NCBI GenBank assembly: GCA_032128375.1
Contig: JAQBGU010000002.1
Span: 1-64,000, forward strand
Length of the DNA stretch: 64,000 nt
From: Deltaproteobacteria bacterium
Lineage (GTDB): Bacteria > Myxococcota_A > UBA9160 > SMWR01
Direction of reading: 5' to 3'
Position 1 is the stretch's first letter; the number at the start of each line of letters is the position of its first letter. Made by a program: the position numbers and the translations under genes. The notes beneath the pieces are model-generated. The model saw only the letters and a list, made by a program, of their open reading frames with translations. It had not been told where the DNA came from and searched no databases. Positions 1 to 9,649 of this stretch are shown piece after piece.

Positions 1-10
1 CGGACGGTGA

Positions 11-346
11 CTACGGCTCCTGGTCGCCGAGCTCTGCGGAGCAAGCGCGGCTGGAGGAGATCTTCCCGAACGGCGTTTGTGCGTGGGATCTGGGGGAGGC
101 TCCTACGTCGTAGGCACGAGCCGCGCAATAGCGGTCGCGCCGCCGGGAGGCCACACCGCGCTCACAGTAGCGCCCGGGTCCGCCAGCGCGACGCTGCGGC
201 GCGCCAACTGGGGCCCGTTCGCGACCGCTGAACTCGGTGACCCAGAGGGAATCGTATCCGAGTTCCTCGATGCGTCGCGCGAAGTGTTCGAGTTCGCGAA
301 CCGCGAGCCCGTCGGTGTAGGAGATGACGCTGGGGCAATTCCTCAT
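11..346 (-). pseudogene. LLM-class flavin-dependent oxidoreductase, N-terminal remnant
   Basis: First ~43 aa (ELEHFARRIEELGYDSLWVTEFSGRE) match the LLM N-terminus; similarity is lost after that. Confidence 0.55.
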
Positions 347-514
347 GACCCCGGACTCTACTCTGCGTCCCTTTCACCGCAGCAAGGTGCGCGGACGCAG
401 CCCTCACGAGGCCCTGCAGGATCGCCCGCTCGTCCAGCCGGCGCTGTAATTTTTTTCCCGACGGCTCGAATCAGTGCGTAAGATGGTGTCGGGGGGTAGG
501 GTAGGAGAACCAGC

Positions 515-2125
515 ATGCACAAGCGCAGCATCTTCTCCGTCTTTTTCGTCGGGCTTCTCGCGCTGCTCGTCTCGGGCATGGGGCCTTGCGCCATCATCGA
601 CTTCGATCTCGGCGTCGGCGCCTTCGAGATCGGACAGGACCGGGCGATCCTCTGGACGCATGCCGTCCCGGCGGATCCAGGTCAGAACGGCGTGTGGTTC
701 CGCGTGGAAGTCGCCACCGACGAGGCCTTCACGCAGATCGAGCGCCGGTGGACGGCCATCGCGAAAGCGAAGCACGACTTCACCGCGCAGGTGCTGATCA
801 CCGGCCTCGACCCAGCGACCCAGTACTACTACCGATTCATCGCGGTGGCTTCCGGGGTCGTGAGTCCCACTGGAGCCTTCCGCACCCAGCCCGTCGAAAA
901 CGACGCTGCGCCAGTGCGGTTCGTCATCTCCGGTGACTCGAATCTCGGCTACACGGCGCCGCGGGGCCTCGACTTCCACGTCCTCAGCGCGGCGGCGGCC
1001 GAAGACCCGGACTTTTTCATCTTCTACGGCGACACCATCTATGCGGACTCCGGAGTGCTGCCGACCGGCGACGCCTTCACGCTGGACGAGTACCGGGAGG
1101 TCCATCGCCGGACCCGTGCCGATCCACACATGCAGGAGTTGATCGCTGCGACCGGAACCTTCAGCGGCTGGGACGATCACGAAGTGCGCAACGACTACGA
1201 CGGAGAGACCGTGGATCCGGAGCAGTTCGAAAACGGCGCCCAGGCTTTCTTCGAGTACCTGCCGTTGCGGCAGAATCCCGCCGGACCGGCGTTCCGCACC
1301 GATCGCAACGTGCGCTGGGGCAAGCACGTCGAACTCTTCTTCCTGGACGGGCGTCAGTTCCGCAGCGCCGAACAGTTCTGTAACCCCGACCCGATCGCCG
1401 ACGGCCCGGAGACACCGGATACGCTGTTTTCGCCATTCGTCGAAGACGAGGCGTTCGCGGTGCAGGTCGACCCGGTGATCGGTCCCCTCGCAGCCGCGCT
1501 GCTGCTGACCCCGAGTGATCCGGACTGTGTCGATACGATTCTCGCTGATCCGTCGCGCGGGCTGCTCGGTGCAGCGCAACTCGCGTCTCTGAAGCAGGCG
1601 CTGCTCGCGTCGACTGCGACCTTCAAGATCATCATCAACGACGTCCCGTTGTCGTCACTGTTCGTCTCGCCCTACGACCGCTGGGATGGCTACGTGGCGG
1701 AGCAACAGGATCTGCTCGCATTCATCGGCGCCAATTTCGATCCGGGGCACGTATTGGTCCTCACCACGGATTTCCACACGAACCTCGCCATCGGGCGCCC
1801 GGAGTTGACTGAAGTGATCGTCGGCCCCATCGGCCAGACGACCTTCGGCGGCACCGTGCGCGGCATCCTTGCGAATCTCGGTCTTCCGCCGGTTTTCGAG
1901 GGTGTGTTCCTCGACCTGTTCGACGGTGTCGTCGACCTGGGCAACGGCGGTCCGGGTGCGATCCTCGGATCCGCGCCTGACGCCTTCTCGTACGGGTTGG
2001 TCGAGGTCTTCGAGGACGGGCCCGATGTACGCCTGCGCTTCACGGCTCGCGGCAACCCCGACTATCTGGCGGGCGCCAACGACCCGAACGACGTCGTCGA
2101 CCTGTTCAGCTTCGAGATGCCGTGA
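515..2125 (+). CDS. phoD: Alkaline phosphatase D (PhoD) family protein, secreted
   Basis: Signal peptide; GDTIYAD, WDDHEVRND, LDGRQFR, DRWDGY and TTDFH motifs; AGGAG RBS. Confidence 0.9.
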   Translation: MHKRSIFSVFFVGLLALLVSGMGPCAIIDFDLGVGAFEIGQDRAILWTHAVPADPGQNGVWFRVEVATDEAFTQIERRWTAIAKAKHDFTAQVLITGLDPATQYYYRFIAVASGVVSPTGAFRTQPVENDAAPVRFVISGDSNLGYTAPRGLDFHVLSAAAAEDPDFFIFYGDTIYADSGVLPTGDAFTLDEYREVHRRTRADPHMQELIAATGTFSGWDDHEVRNDYDGETVDPEQFENGAQAFFEYLPLRQNPAGPAFRTDRNVRWGKHVELFFLDGRQFRSAEQFCNPDPIADGPETPDTLFSPFVEDEAFAVQVDPVIGPLAAALLLTPSDPDCVDTILADPSRGLLGAAQLASLKQALLASTATFKIIINDVPLSSLFVSPYDRWDGYVAEQQDLLAFIGANFDPGHVLVLTTDFHTNLAIGRPELTEVIVGPIGQTTFGGTVRGILANLGLPPVFEGVFLDLFDGVVDLGNGGPGAILGSAPDAFSYGLVEVFEDGPDVRLRFTARGNPDYLAGANDPNDVVDLFSFEMP

Positions 2126-2186
2126 CGGGGCGGGGTGCGCCGCGGGCCTGAACAGCTCGATCGCCTCGTCGCAGTACAATCCGGGC

Positions 2187-2605
2187 ATGAACGAAGAGAG
2201 CCGGATTCTGATTGTTGGGGCCGGTATCGCCGGCCTCACATCGGCGAACGGACTCGAGCGTCGCGGCTTTCGCCCGTCGCTCGTCGAGCTGGCGTCTACC
2301 TTGCAGCCACGCGGCCTCGGCCTTGCGATCATGCCGAACGGCATGCGGGCGCTCGAACGGATCGGTCTGGCGTCTCGAATTTCGAAAACCGGGTCACACC
2401 TCGAGCGCGCGGTGACGTTGTCACCAAATGGTGTCGAGCTGGGGCCATCGAACTCGGGCGTCTCGCCGAGCGGTTCGGTCCGACGCTCGGCGTTCACCGC
2501 GGCAGTTTGATCGAAGCACTCACCGCTGACCTCGATGCCGATGTGCGACTCGACACGAAGGTCGAATCCCTGAATGTTCGAGCGAAGAAATCCCTGATTC
2601 GTTGA
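2187..2605 (+). pseudogene. FAD-dependent monooxygenase, frameshifted and truncated
   Basis: ILIVGAGIAGL Rossmann motif; frameshift at the G-run near 2441 continues as GAIELGRLAERFGPTLGVHRGSL; stops after ~140 codons. Confidence 0.8.
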
Positions 2606-2672
2606 GAGGGTGCGTAGCGAGGTCGTCCAGATTCGTATCAGGAGCGCGGAGATACGCGACCGCGGTGGCTCC

Positions 2673-3242
2673 TCAGACGGGCTCGAGTGGCCGCTTCGGC
2701 CCAGCCGGGAGTTCGGCGCGGATGGGGTCGCCTGGTCGAACCACGCCATCGACCGCAACGATTGCCATGATGCCGGCCTTGCGGATGAGGTCGCCGTTCG
2801 GGGCGTGATCCAGCGTGGCATCCATCAATCCGGACTGGATTCCGTTGAGCTGTCCACACGGGTTTCGCAGCCCGGTAACTTCGACCACTGCGCTATTGCC
2901 CAGATGTAGCCGGGCGCCTTTCGGCAGCGCGAGCAGGTCGATGCCGCGCGTGGTGATGTTCTCACCCATCTGTCCTTGCGCGATATCGAAGCCCGCGGCT
3001 CGCAGCTCGTCGTGGAGCTCTGCGTGTAGCAGGTGAACCTGGCGCAGGTTCGGCTGGCTTGGATCGCGCGCGACCCGAGAGCGGTGTTGGACTTGCGCGC
3101 CGCAGTGGGCGTCACCTTCGACGCCCAATCCGCAGCGCAGCTGGATCCGGTCCTGGTTCGGTTTGGACATGCTGTGTGTCGCGCTGCAACTCACCGATTC
3201 AATCGTTGCGAGTGTTGTGTCGCGCTTGTCTGTCGCGGTCAT
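2673..3242 (-). CDS. MOSC domain-containing protein
   Basis: GVEGDAH, PNLRQVHL, GENITTRGIDL, VTGLRNPC and RKAGIM motifs. Confidence 0.9.
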   Translation of the reverse strand: MTATDKRDTTLATIESVSCSATHSMSKPNQDRIQLRCGLGVEGDAHCGAQVQHRSRVARDPSQPNLRQVHLLHAELHDELRAAGFDIAQGQMGENITTRGIDLLALPKGARLHLGNSAVVEVTGLRNPCGQLNGIQSGLMDATLDHAPNGDLIRKAGIMAIVAVDGVVRPGDPIRAELPAGPKRPLEPV

Positions 3243-3249
3243 GGCGGTC

Positions 3250-3615
3250 TCACTCAGCCCTGGTCTCGGGCGCGGCCGCCGTACTTCGCTGTTGTTGGTT
3301 GTGATTTCGGAGCAGCCATGATTGCCAGGCTTTGCACTGCCGGGAGCGTTCCCAGACCCAATCGCGGCGGGAGTTGCATTCAGAATGCGGCTCCGCTTGC
3401 GCTTCGCCACAGCCTTCGAGGAATGCGTCGGCCCACGGATCGAATGCGAAATCGCCGCAAGGGTGGCTCATCAGGTCTGCGGACGCGTCGACCCGGGTGT
3501 TCCAGTCGGCCGTCCACTGCGGCCGCTCGACAGGTTGGCCCGCGCAACACAGCAGCACTGCGATCAACAACGAATGCGGTCGGCATAGGGCACCTGCGGT
3601 TCGGCGGGGAATCAC
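3250..3615 (-). CDS. Hypothetical Cys/Trp-rich secreted protein or lipoprotein
   Basis: GTG start overlaps the GFA stop (GTGA) after a GAGGAG RBS; hydrophobic LLIAVLLCC leader. Confidence 0.55.
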   Translation of the reverse strand: MIPRRTAGALCRPHSLLIAVLLCCAGQPVERPQWTADWNTRVDASADLMSHPCGDFAFDPWADAFLEGCGEAQAEPHSECNSRRDWVWERSRQCKAWQSWLLRNHNQQQRSTAAAPETRAE

Positions 3616-4037
3616 GACTCCTCGCCGCCCGGTGGCGCGCCGGGAAACCCGCGTTCGAATTGGGGTAGCGCGTCGGTGATTGCGTGCCAGGGGGCCTTGG
3701 AGCCGACCCAACAGTGCGCGACGCCCAGCTCGGATACGCCAGTGTCGATGCAGCCCGCTCGCAGCAACACCGAGTCGACATTCGCGTCTCGCGTCGAGAT
3801 CAGTTGCGAACCGCAACGGCTGCAAAACCAGCGCCACTTTCCGGGCGACGACTCGAATTTCGACAGCAGGTTCTCGCCTCTGCTCCAACGAAAGCCGGCT
3901 CGATCGGTGGCCACGCTGCTCGAAAACGCCGAGCCGTGCGCCTTGCGGCACATTTGGCAGTGGCAGTGGCCCAGCGGCCCGATGGTCGCACGCGTTTCAT
4001 ATCGGACCGCGGCACACAGGCAACTACCGAAGATCAT
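3612..4037 (-). CDS. GFA family protein
   Basis: GSCLCAAVRY, HCHCQMCRKAHG and FCSRCGS Zn motifs. Confidence 0.92.
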   Translation of the reverse strand: MIFGSCLCAAVRYETRATIGPLGHCHCQMCRKAHGSAFSSSVATDRAGFRWSRGENLLSKFESSPGKWRWFCSRCGSQLISTRDANVDSVLLRAGCIDTGVSELGVAHCWVGSKAPWHAITDALPQFERGFPGAPPGGEES

Positions 4038-4087
4038 CGGCCGCGATCCTCTGGCACCGGTGCCATCGCTTCTGGTAACCCGAACGA

Positions 4088-4468
4088 CTACCCGCGCGCC
4101 CGATCAGCGCTCCACTGGCCCGCGCCGTGCGCCGTGATGTACAGGAAGACGAAGCAGTACAGCACTGCGAGTTCCCCACCGTTGAGCAGTGGGATGAGGC
4201 CCTTGCTCCCGTGTGCGATCCAATAGGCGGCCGCCATCAACCCCGAACACAAAAACGCGGCCCAGCTCGTGAACAACCCAATGGCCACCATCACACCGCC
4301 GACGAATTCGATGCTGCCAGCGACGTAAATGATGAAGGCCGGTGCGTTCGGTGGAGCTTGCGGAAATCCAAACAACTTCGAAGTGCCGTGGCACACGAAG
4401 AGCAACCCGACGACGATTCGCATCAACGCGTACATTTCGCTCTCATATTTCCGCATGAACGCTGCCAT
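4088..4468 (-). CDS. DoxX family membrane protein
   Basis: RIVVGLLFVCHGTSKLFG and NGGELAVLYCFVFL motifs. Confidence 0.92.
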   Translation of the reverse strand: MAAFMRKYESEMYALMRIVVGLLFVCHGTSKLFGFPQAPPNAPAFIIYVAGSIEFVGGVMVAIGLFTSWAAFLCSGLMAAAYWIAHGSKGLIPLLNGGELAVLYCFVFLYITAHGAGQWSADRARG

Positions 4469-4518
4469 ATGGGTTTTTCCTCTGTGTCTGGGTTCATTCC
4501 GACACGACACTGATAGCA

Positions 4519-4662
4519 CTCCGGTACCGCTCCAGCACGACTCCGGAACGACTCCAGCACGACTCCAGCACTACTCAGGAACGACTCCGGAACGACTCCC
4601 GAACGACTCCAGCATTACTCCGGAACGACTCCGGTACTACTTCCGGTACTACTCCGGTACTA
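4519..4662. repeat. Degenerate tandem array, 13 units of 11 bp (CTCCRGHACKA), one unit 12 bp
   Basis: Read directly: ctccggtaccg ctccagcacga ctccggaacga ... ctccggtacta. Confidence 0.95.
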
Positions 4663-4781
4663 CTAGCAACCGGCGATTCAGGACGCGGGCTGCTTGTCGT
4701 AGCCTGATTGCTCGATGGGGCCGCTGTCAAGTTGCTCTCTTTGCGTGCCGCTCCGAAAGACGCAGAACGTGTCGGGCCGAG

Positions 4782-5846
4782 TCAGATGCCCAGTTCTTTC
4801 ATTTCGACGCGGCGGTTGTCTGTTATGGACATCTGCGCGGCTACGCCCATCGCGACCGCGAGCAGACCGTCAGCCAAGCTCACGCCCGGAGCGCTGCCCC
4901 GGCGAATCGCATCGAGGAACGCGAGGTGTTGAAAATACGTGGCCCCGTGGTGGAAGCCGGCCTTTTCCACCTGCTCGTCGACGTTGATCGTCACCTGGTC
5001 GACACTGCCGTGGCTGCGTTCGCCGATGATCAGCGTGGATTCCGGTAGCAGGCACTCGACCTTGCCGATGTCACCGGTGACGGCGATTTCCTGCTGAGTG
5101 CGTGATCCCTCAGCAAACATGCACAGGTCCAGCATGGCTCTGCAGCCGTTTTCGAAATCGACGATGACAAACGCGTTGTCGAGAATATCCGGGACGTTCC
5201 CGTCGTATGTTTCGTCGAGGTGGTTCACGTCCTGGGCGCCGGAAGCAAACAGAGCCGTCGGTCGCGATTCGAGGATGTAAGTCATCAGGTCGAAGAAGTG
5301 GCAGCATTTCTCGACCAGTGTTCCGCCGGTATTGCGGGAAAAGCGGTTCCAGTCATCGACTTTCCTCAAGAAGGGAAAGCGATGTTCGCGAATCGAGAGC
5401 ATCCGCACCTGGCCGACTGCACCCCCCCGGACTTCATCGATCAGCCGGGCGACCAACGGCATATAGCGGTATTCCATACCGACCCAGATCACCCCAGCGT
5501 GATCCGACGCGGCCCTCTCGACGAGCAGGCAGTCTTCCAGCGTGGTGCACAGCGGTTTTTCGACCAGAATGTGGTGATCGGTTTTCAACAGGTGGCCGAG
5601 CACTTCGGCGTGCGTGAAGTTGGGTGTCGCGACGACCACCGCATCTATCGGGGCCCGCTCGATCATCTCGCGGTAGTCCGAATAGACTTCGATCTCGGGG
5701 GCGGTGTCGCGCGCCCAACTGCGGGAGGTCTCGTTCGTGTCGGCAATTGCGGTGACGACGGCGTCTGGAATGATCCGCACATTGAGCATGTGCTCGATCC
5801 CCATCATCCCCGTCCCGATGATTCCATACCGGATCCTTGCTGCCAC
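4782..5846 (-). CDS. Gfo/Idh/MocA family oxidoreductase
   Basis: GIIGTGMMG, VATPNFTH, VEKPL and GGTLVEKCCHFFD motifs. Confidence 0.93.
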   Translation of the reverse strand: MAARIRYGIIGTGMMGIEHMLNVRIIPDAVVTAIADTNETSRSWARDTAPEIEVYSDYREMIERAPIDAVVVATPNFTHAEVLGHLLKTDHHILVEKPLCTTLEDCLLVERAASDHAGVIWVGMEYRYMPLVARLIDEVRGGAVGQVRMLSIREHRFPFLRKVDDWNRFSRNTGGTLVEKCCHFFDLMTYILESRPTALFASGAQDVNHLDETYDGNVPDILDNAFVIVDFENGCRAMLDLCMFAEGSRTQQEIAVTGDIGKVECLLPESTLIIGERSHGSVDQVTINVDEQVEKAGFHHGATYFQHLAFLDAIRRGSAPGVSLADGLLAVAMGVAAQMSITDNRRVEMKELGI

Positions 5847-5958
5847 GCTTCCTCCGCCGCCTCACAATGCTTTGCGTGTGTCGCCGTGAGGTGAAGAAAA
5901 TAGATCGTATCGGTTTGTGTCGGAAGCGAGACCGGACACAGGCCACGTTGCCCGCCGC

Positions 5959-7569
5959 TCACGGATCCTGGTAGAGCTGGGTTTCGGGATGGAAGGCGTT
6001 CCAGCCGAACCAGTATGCCAGCGAGCCCGCGATTCGAGGGATCCGCTCGCCACCCGGGCCCTCGAGAGACTCTTCTGTGACGCGCCACGAACCGCCGTCC
6101 GCATCGGTGACGGTTTGGGGATCGGGCCCCGGGCCGAACTGCCGCGTGCCCCGATCGTATGCGCGCACTTCTCCGCCGGCGCGATACGTGGCCGGACCCG
6201 TTCGAACGCTGCGCCCCTCGACCGCAATGACGCCACGGGTTGCCACCAACACGATGTTGGTCATGGCGACTTTGTCGTTTGTCACTTGGGACTCGACGAG
6301 GCGGTCGAGCGAGTAGGCTTTGGGTACGCCGTTGATCTCCACACCGAACACACGCGCTTTCGGCGCGAGTAGCGTGCTGCGTTGGCGGGCCGGGAACATC
6401 AACTCGGGCGTGGCGAAATAACCCGCATAGGCGGCGCCCTGGCTGTAGTCGCGCTCGTAACCCGTCGCGATGTCGAGCACGCGCGTCGCTGGGTGTGAGG
6501 CCTTCCAATCCTTCCAGCGGGCGACCACGATAGGCACGCGCTCGAGTCGGATATTGCGCTCCACCAACGGACCGACGACCGGTCTGCCGGTGAACTGATT
6601 CCACAACGAATGGGTCTTTCGGTCATACATCAGCTTGTTGCTGCGCATGAGTAGCCCGGACGACCCGAACTCGAACACGGTCCCATCACCGACCTGACCC
6701 TTGTACGCGATACCCGAGCCACACAGCGTGCAGTAGGCGAGCGAGATCGGTGTGCCGCCAACAACGTCGTTGGCCATTTCATGCCAGTCGAGAATGCGCA
6801 GCGGGTAGGCGCGCGCGTCACCATTGATCTCGATTCCGAAGACCGCCTCGTCGGGTTCGAGGTAGTCGGCGCTGCTTGCGTCGATGAACTTCGGTTGGTC
6901 GAGTGCCGGGATTCCGTCGAATGCGACACCGCCCCAGATGATCTCTTCGATGCGAATCGCCGTTGCGACCCCTTCGCGGAGCAACTGATCGAAGGCTGGA
7001 TCGAGCCGGCCGAGTAGCTCGCCCTTCCAGCGCATGAATCCGGGAGGCGGCTCGAGGTCGGTGGAGTCATACCACTCGACCCACGAACGCCAGTCTTCGC
7101 CATGCAATTCTCCGGTGATCGCTTCGAGGGCGCGTGAATACGCGGTTCTGCCATCGGCGTGCAGAATCTGTAGCTGGCTCGCACGCATCAACTCGATCAA
7201 CACCGAAGCGAAACGTTGATCTCCCAGGGAGACAATGGTTTTTACTGCGTTGCGCGCAGGTTCGAGTTCATCGCCAGAGACCGCGCGCAGGATGGCCTCG
7301 ACCTCGTTTGGCGCCGCGTGTCTCACCTCAGATTGGAGCTGCGGCTGAATCACAGCCATTGGCGGGTCGTTTTCGCTACACGACAGAGCCATGCAACCGA
7401 GACAAACCGCAAGCAGTAATGGCGCAAATCGCCGGCAGTTTGGAACTGTTGGGGCAGCGGGGTGCGATTCGCCCGCCAGCAGGGCGCCTCCAGAAGATTT
7501 GGCCACGGTCACGCCGCGATTGTACGCCTTCAGGGGGGAGGGTTCGCACCCGATAGGCAATTCCAGCAC
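5959..7569 (-). CDS. DUF3179 domain-containing protein (true start probably further downstream)
   Basis: DGIPALDQP, RAYPLRILDWHEMAND, YCTLCGSG, SGLLMRSNKLMYDR and YWFGWNAFHPET motifs. Confidence 0.88.
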   Translation of the reverse strand: MLELPIGCEPSPLKAYNRGVTVAKSSGGALLAGESHPAAPTVPNCRRFAPLLLAVCLGCMALSCSENDPPMAVIQPQLQSEVRHAAPNEVEAILRAVSGDELEPARNAVKTIVSLGDQRFASVLIELMRASQLQILHADGRTAYSRALEAITGELHGEDWRSWVEWYDSTDLEPPPGFMRWKGELLGRLDPAFDQLLREGVATAIRIEEIIWGGVAFDGIPALDQPKFIDASSADYLEPDEAVFGIEINGDARAYPLRILDWHEMANDVVGGTPISLAYCTLCGSGIAYKGQVGDGTVFEFGSSGLLMRSNKLMYDRKTHSLWNQFTGRPVVGPLVERNIRLERVPIVVARWKDWKASHPATRVLDIATGYERDYSQGAAYAGYFATPELMFPARQRSTLLAPKARVFGVEINGVPKAYSLDRLVESQVTNDKVAMTNIVLVATRGVIAVEGRSVRTGPATYRAGGEVRAYDRGTRQFGPGPDPQTVTDADGGSWRVTEESLEGPGGERIPRIAGSLAYWFGWNAFHPETQLYQDP

Positions 7570-7724
7570 CGGGCCGAAAACCGTGACTCAAAGGTGGGTT
7601 GCCACTGACGAACACGCGGACGGTTCTGTAGGCTCTGCGCGCCGATTCAGGATTGTTCTGAATCGGGAATGATTGCAACACATTATCGCAGCAACATAAT
7701 GCAGCGAGCTAAGGAGTACGACAG

Positions 7725-7928
7725 TTGGCAGTAGGTACCGTGAAGTGGTTCAGCGACGAGAAGGGTTTTGGATTCATTACACCGGATGACGGTGGTGACG
7801 ATCTGTTCGTTCACTTCTCGAATATTGGTGGTGAGGGATTCAAGTCCCTGCAGGACGGCCAAAAGGTCGAGTACGAAGCCGGTCAGGGTCGAAAGGGTCC
7901 CGAGGCGACGAACGTACGCCCCGCGTAG
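7725..7928 (+). CDS. cspA: Cold-shock protein (TTG start)
   Basis: [15 protein letters not shown] and LFVHFS RNP motifs; AAGGAG RBS. Confidence 0.96.
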   Translation: MAVGTVKWFSDEKGFGFITPDDGGDDLFVHFSNIGGEGFKSLQDGQKVEYEAGQGRKGPEATNVRPA

Positions 7929-7950
7929 CTCGAATCACGGCCATTTCGAA

Positions 7951-7980
7951 CGAAGCCCCGATCGATAGATCGGGGTTTCG
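7951..7980. terminator. Hairpin between convergent cspA and the selenoprotein gene
   Basis: CGAAGCCCCGATC-GATA-GATCGGGGTTTCG inverted repeat. Confidence 0.7.
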
Positions 7981-8067
7981 CATTTCTAAGCGCTGCCTGC
8001 GCTCGATCGCCTGGTCGCGCATGACTCGTCTGCGAGTCAGGCTCTTCAGCTGGCTCAGCACCCAAGC

Positions 8068-8511
8068 TCAACCCTTTCGGGCCTTCTTCATCATCGCGAT
8101 GATCGGCGACGCCTCGGCCGGGTGCCACTGGGTTTCCTTTGGATCCTGTGGCCAGACGAACGGCAGGTGCACGACCTCGCCCGGTTCGGTCGCAGTCGCC
8201 GCCACCGCGAGCGCGGCCTCTAGCACTGCGCGCTGCGTCTCGACGTCGCCATACGGCCGACCGAAGGGATGTTCGATTGCGGCCACGCGCGGCATTCCCA
8301 CCAGTCGCTGATACGGCCAGATCATGTTCAGCGTCACGGTCGGAATTCCCGCTGCTTCGATCGTGCGTGCGACCAGTCCCACGAGCCGGCAACAATCCGG
8401 TCAGACCGGCGCGAGCAACGCGAGGTCGACCTCCTGGTTTTGCATGCTCCTCGCGATCTGTGGCGCGCTGACGGTTTCCAACTCGCTGGAGTCGTTTCCC
8501 TGGTATCCCAT
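8068..8511 (-). CDS. Short PrdB/GrdB-like reductase selenoprotein B with in-frame UGA (Sec) at 8403-8401; start may extend to 8601
   Basis: ORFs 8401-8601 and 8068-8382 are in frame across one TGA: EVDLALLAPV-U-PDCCRLVGLVARTIEAAGIPTV; YSIMGY motif upstream. Confidence 0.82.
8359..8397 (-). promoter_or_regulatory. Candidate bacterial SECIS hairpin
   Basis: GATTGT TGC CGG C TC [GTGG] GA CTG GTC GCA CGC ACGATC; the G-initiated loop begins 18 nt after UGA. Confidence 0.6.
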
Positions 8512-8642
8512 GATCGAGTAGTTGGCGGCTCCACCAGATATCACGGAATCCGTCCAAAGACCTATACTTTCGCCTGCACTCGGACCTGCAGAGTCTCGCA
8601 TGCGAGTTATCGAGCTGCCCCGGAACCCGGAGGAAGACGGAC

Positions 8643-9575
8643 GTGAAGCGCTTTATCTCACACGACGAACTCGCCCGCGATAGCCGCTTTTCGCGGCTTC
8701 GGTCGCGCAATCAATTGTTCCGATCGCTTCCCGACGATGTGGATGCGATCGTGAAGGTGCTCGAAAAAATCGGCCCAAAAATCCGCAAGCGAGTCGCGGG
8801 AACTCCGCTGGAGAAAGCCTATGACGAACTCGGTCCCGGTTTCACCTTTCTGACCGCAGGAGGTGGGCGCCAATCGAAGGAGCGGCGCAGTGAAGTCCAG
8901 ATGCGGGTGCAGCTGCACGGGATCTTCGTCGGCGAATTGCAGGCGCTCGAAGCGGCCGGCCGAACGATCTGGGATTTCCCGGATGCGCCGTGGGAATTCA
9001 AAATGAACATGGCGCGCCAGTGCTGGGACGAGGCCCGCCACGTGCAGATTTTCGAAAAGCTGATTGATCACGTCGGCGGCGAAATCGGCGAGTTTCCCGA
9101 GAGCACCTTCCTGTTCGAGACTTCATGTCACGACGACCCGGTACTGCGCGTGACGGGTGTAAACCGATGCCTCGAAGGCCTGGCCTGCGATGCGTTTCGA
9201 TCGCTCATCGACTACGGGAAGTCGGTCGGCGACGAGGTCATCGCGCAGGCCGTCGACTACGTGTTGGCTGATGAACTCACCCATGTCCGCTTCGGAAGCG
9301 ACTGGGTCAAGCAGTTCACCGAGGGAGACCCCGAGCACGCGCGACGAGCCAAGGAGTACCAGAACGAGACCGATCGGAGTTTCTCATTCGGCGGTGGTCG
9401 CCAGATCGCTCGGGAGGAGCGCGTCGAAGCGGGCTTTACCGACGAAGAAGTCGACGAACTCGAGGCCATCGAAAGGGAGGGCCCGAGACGAGAAACGCTG
9501 GTTCGGGCAGCGGAGATCCTTCGCGACCGCCATCAGGCTCGAAACCGGGGCGAACAGGTACCCGAACTCACGTAG
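8643..9575 (+). CDS. Ferritin-like diiron protein (DUF455-like)
   Basis: E...DEARH and E...DELTH diiron ligand pattern; GGAGG RBS, GTG start. Confidence 0.85.
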   Translation: MKRFISHDELARDSRFSRLRSRNQLFRSLPDDVDAIVKVLEKIGPKIRKRVAGTPLEKAYDELGPGFTFLTAGGGRQSKERRSEVQMRVQLHGIFVGELQALEAAGRTIWDFPDAPWEFKMNMARQCWDEARHVQIFEKLIDHVGGEIGEFPESTFLFETSCHDDPVLRVTGVNRCLEGLACDAFRSLIDYGKSVGDEVIAQAVDYVLADELTHVRFGSDWVKQFTEGDPEHARRAKEYQNETDRSFSFGGGRQIAREERVEAGFTDEEVDELEAIEREGPRRETLVRAAEILRDRHQARNRGEQVPELT

Positions 9576-9603
9576 TGGGGCCGGGATAGTGGGGCCGGGA
9601 TAG
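9573..9603. repeat. Exact 14-bp tandem duplication including the stop codon
   Basis: tagtggggccggga x2 followed by tag. Confidence 0.9.
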
Positions 9604-9649
9604 CCGACTACACGGCCGCGCGTGATCCCAGCACCCTGTTCGACGCGCG

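Noticed and set aside
4519..4662. CRISPR array
   Set aside because: Units are 11 bp and contiguous, with no unique spacers and no cas genes
5959..7569. DUF3179 as a second selenoprotein
   Set aside because: The motif is CTLC with no in-frame TGA
8068..8070. Second UGA readthrough at the end of the selenoprotein
   Set aside because: The downstream frame shows no family similarity and runs into the cspA terminator
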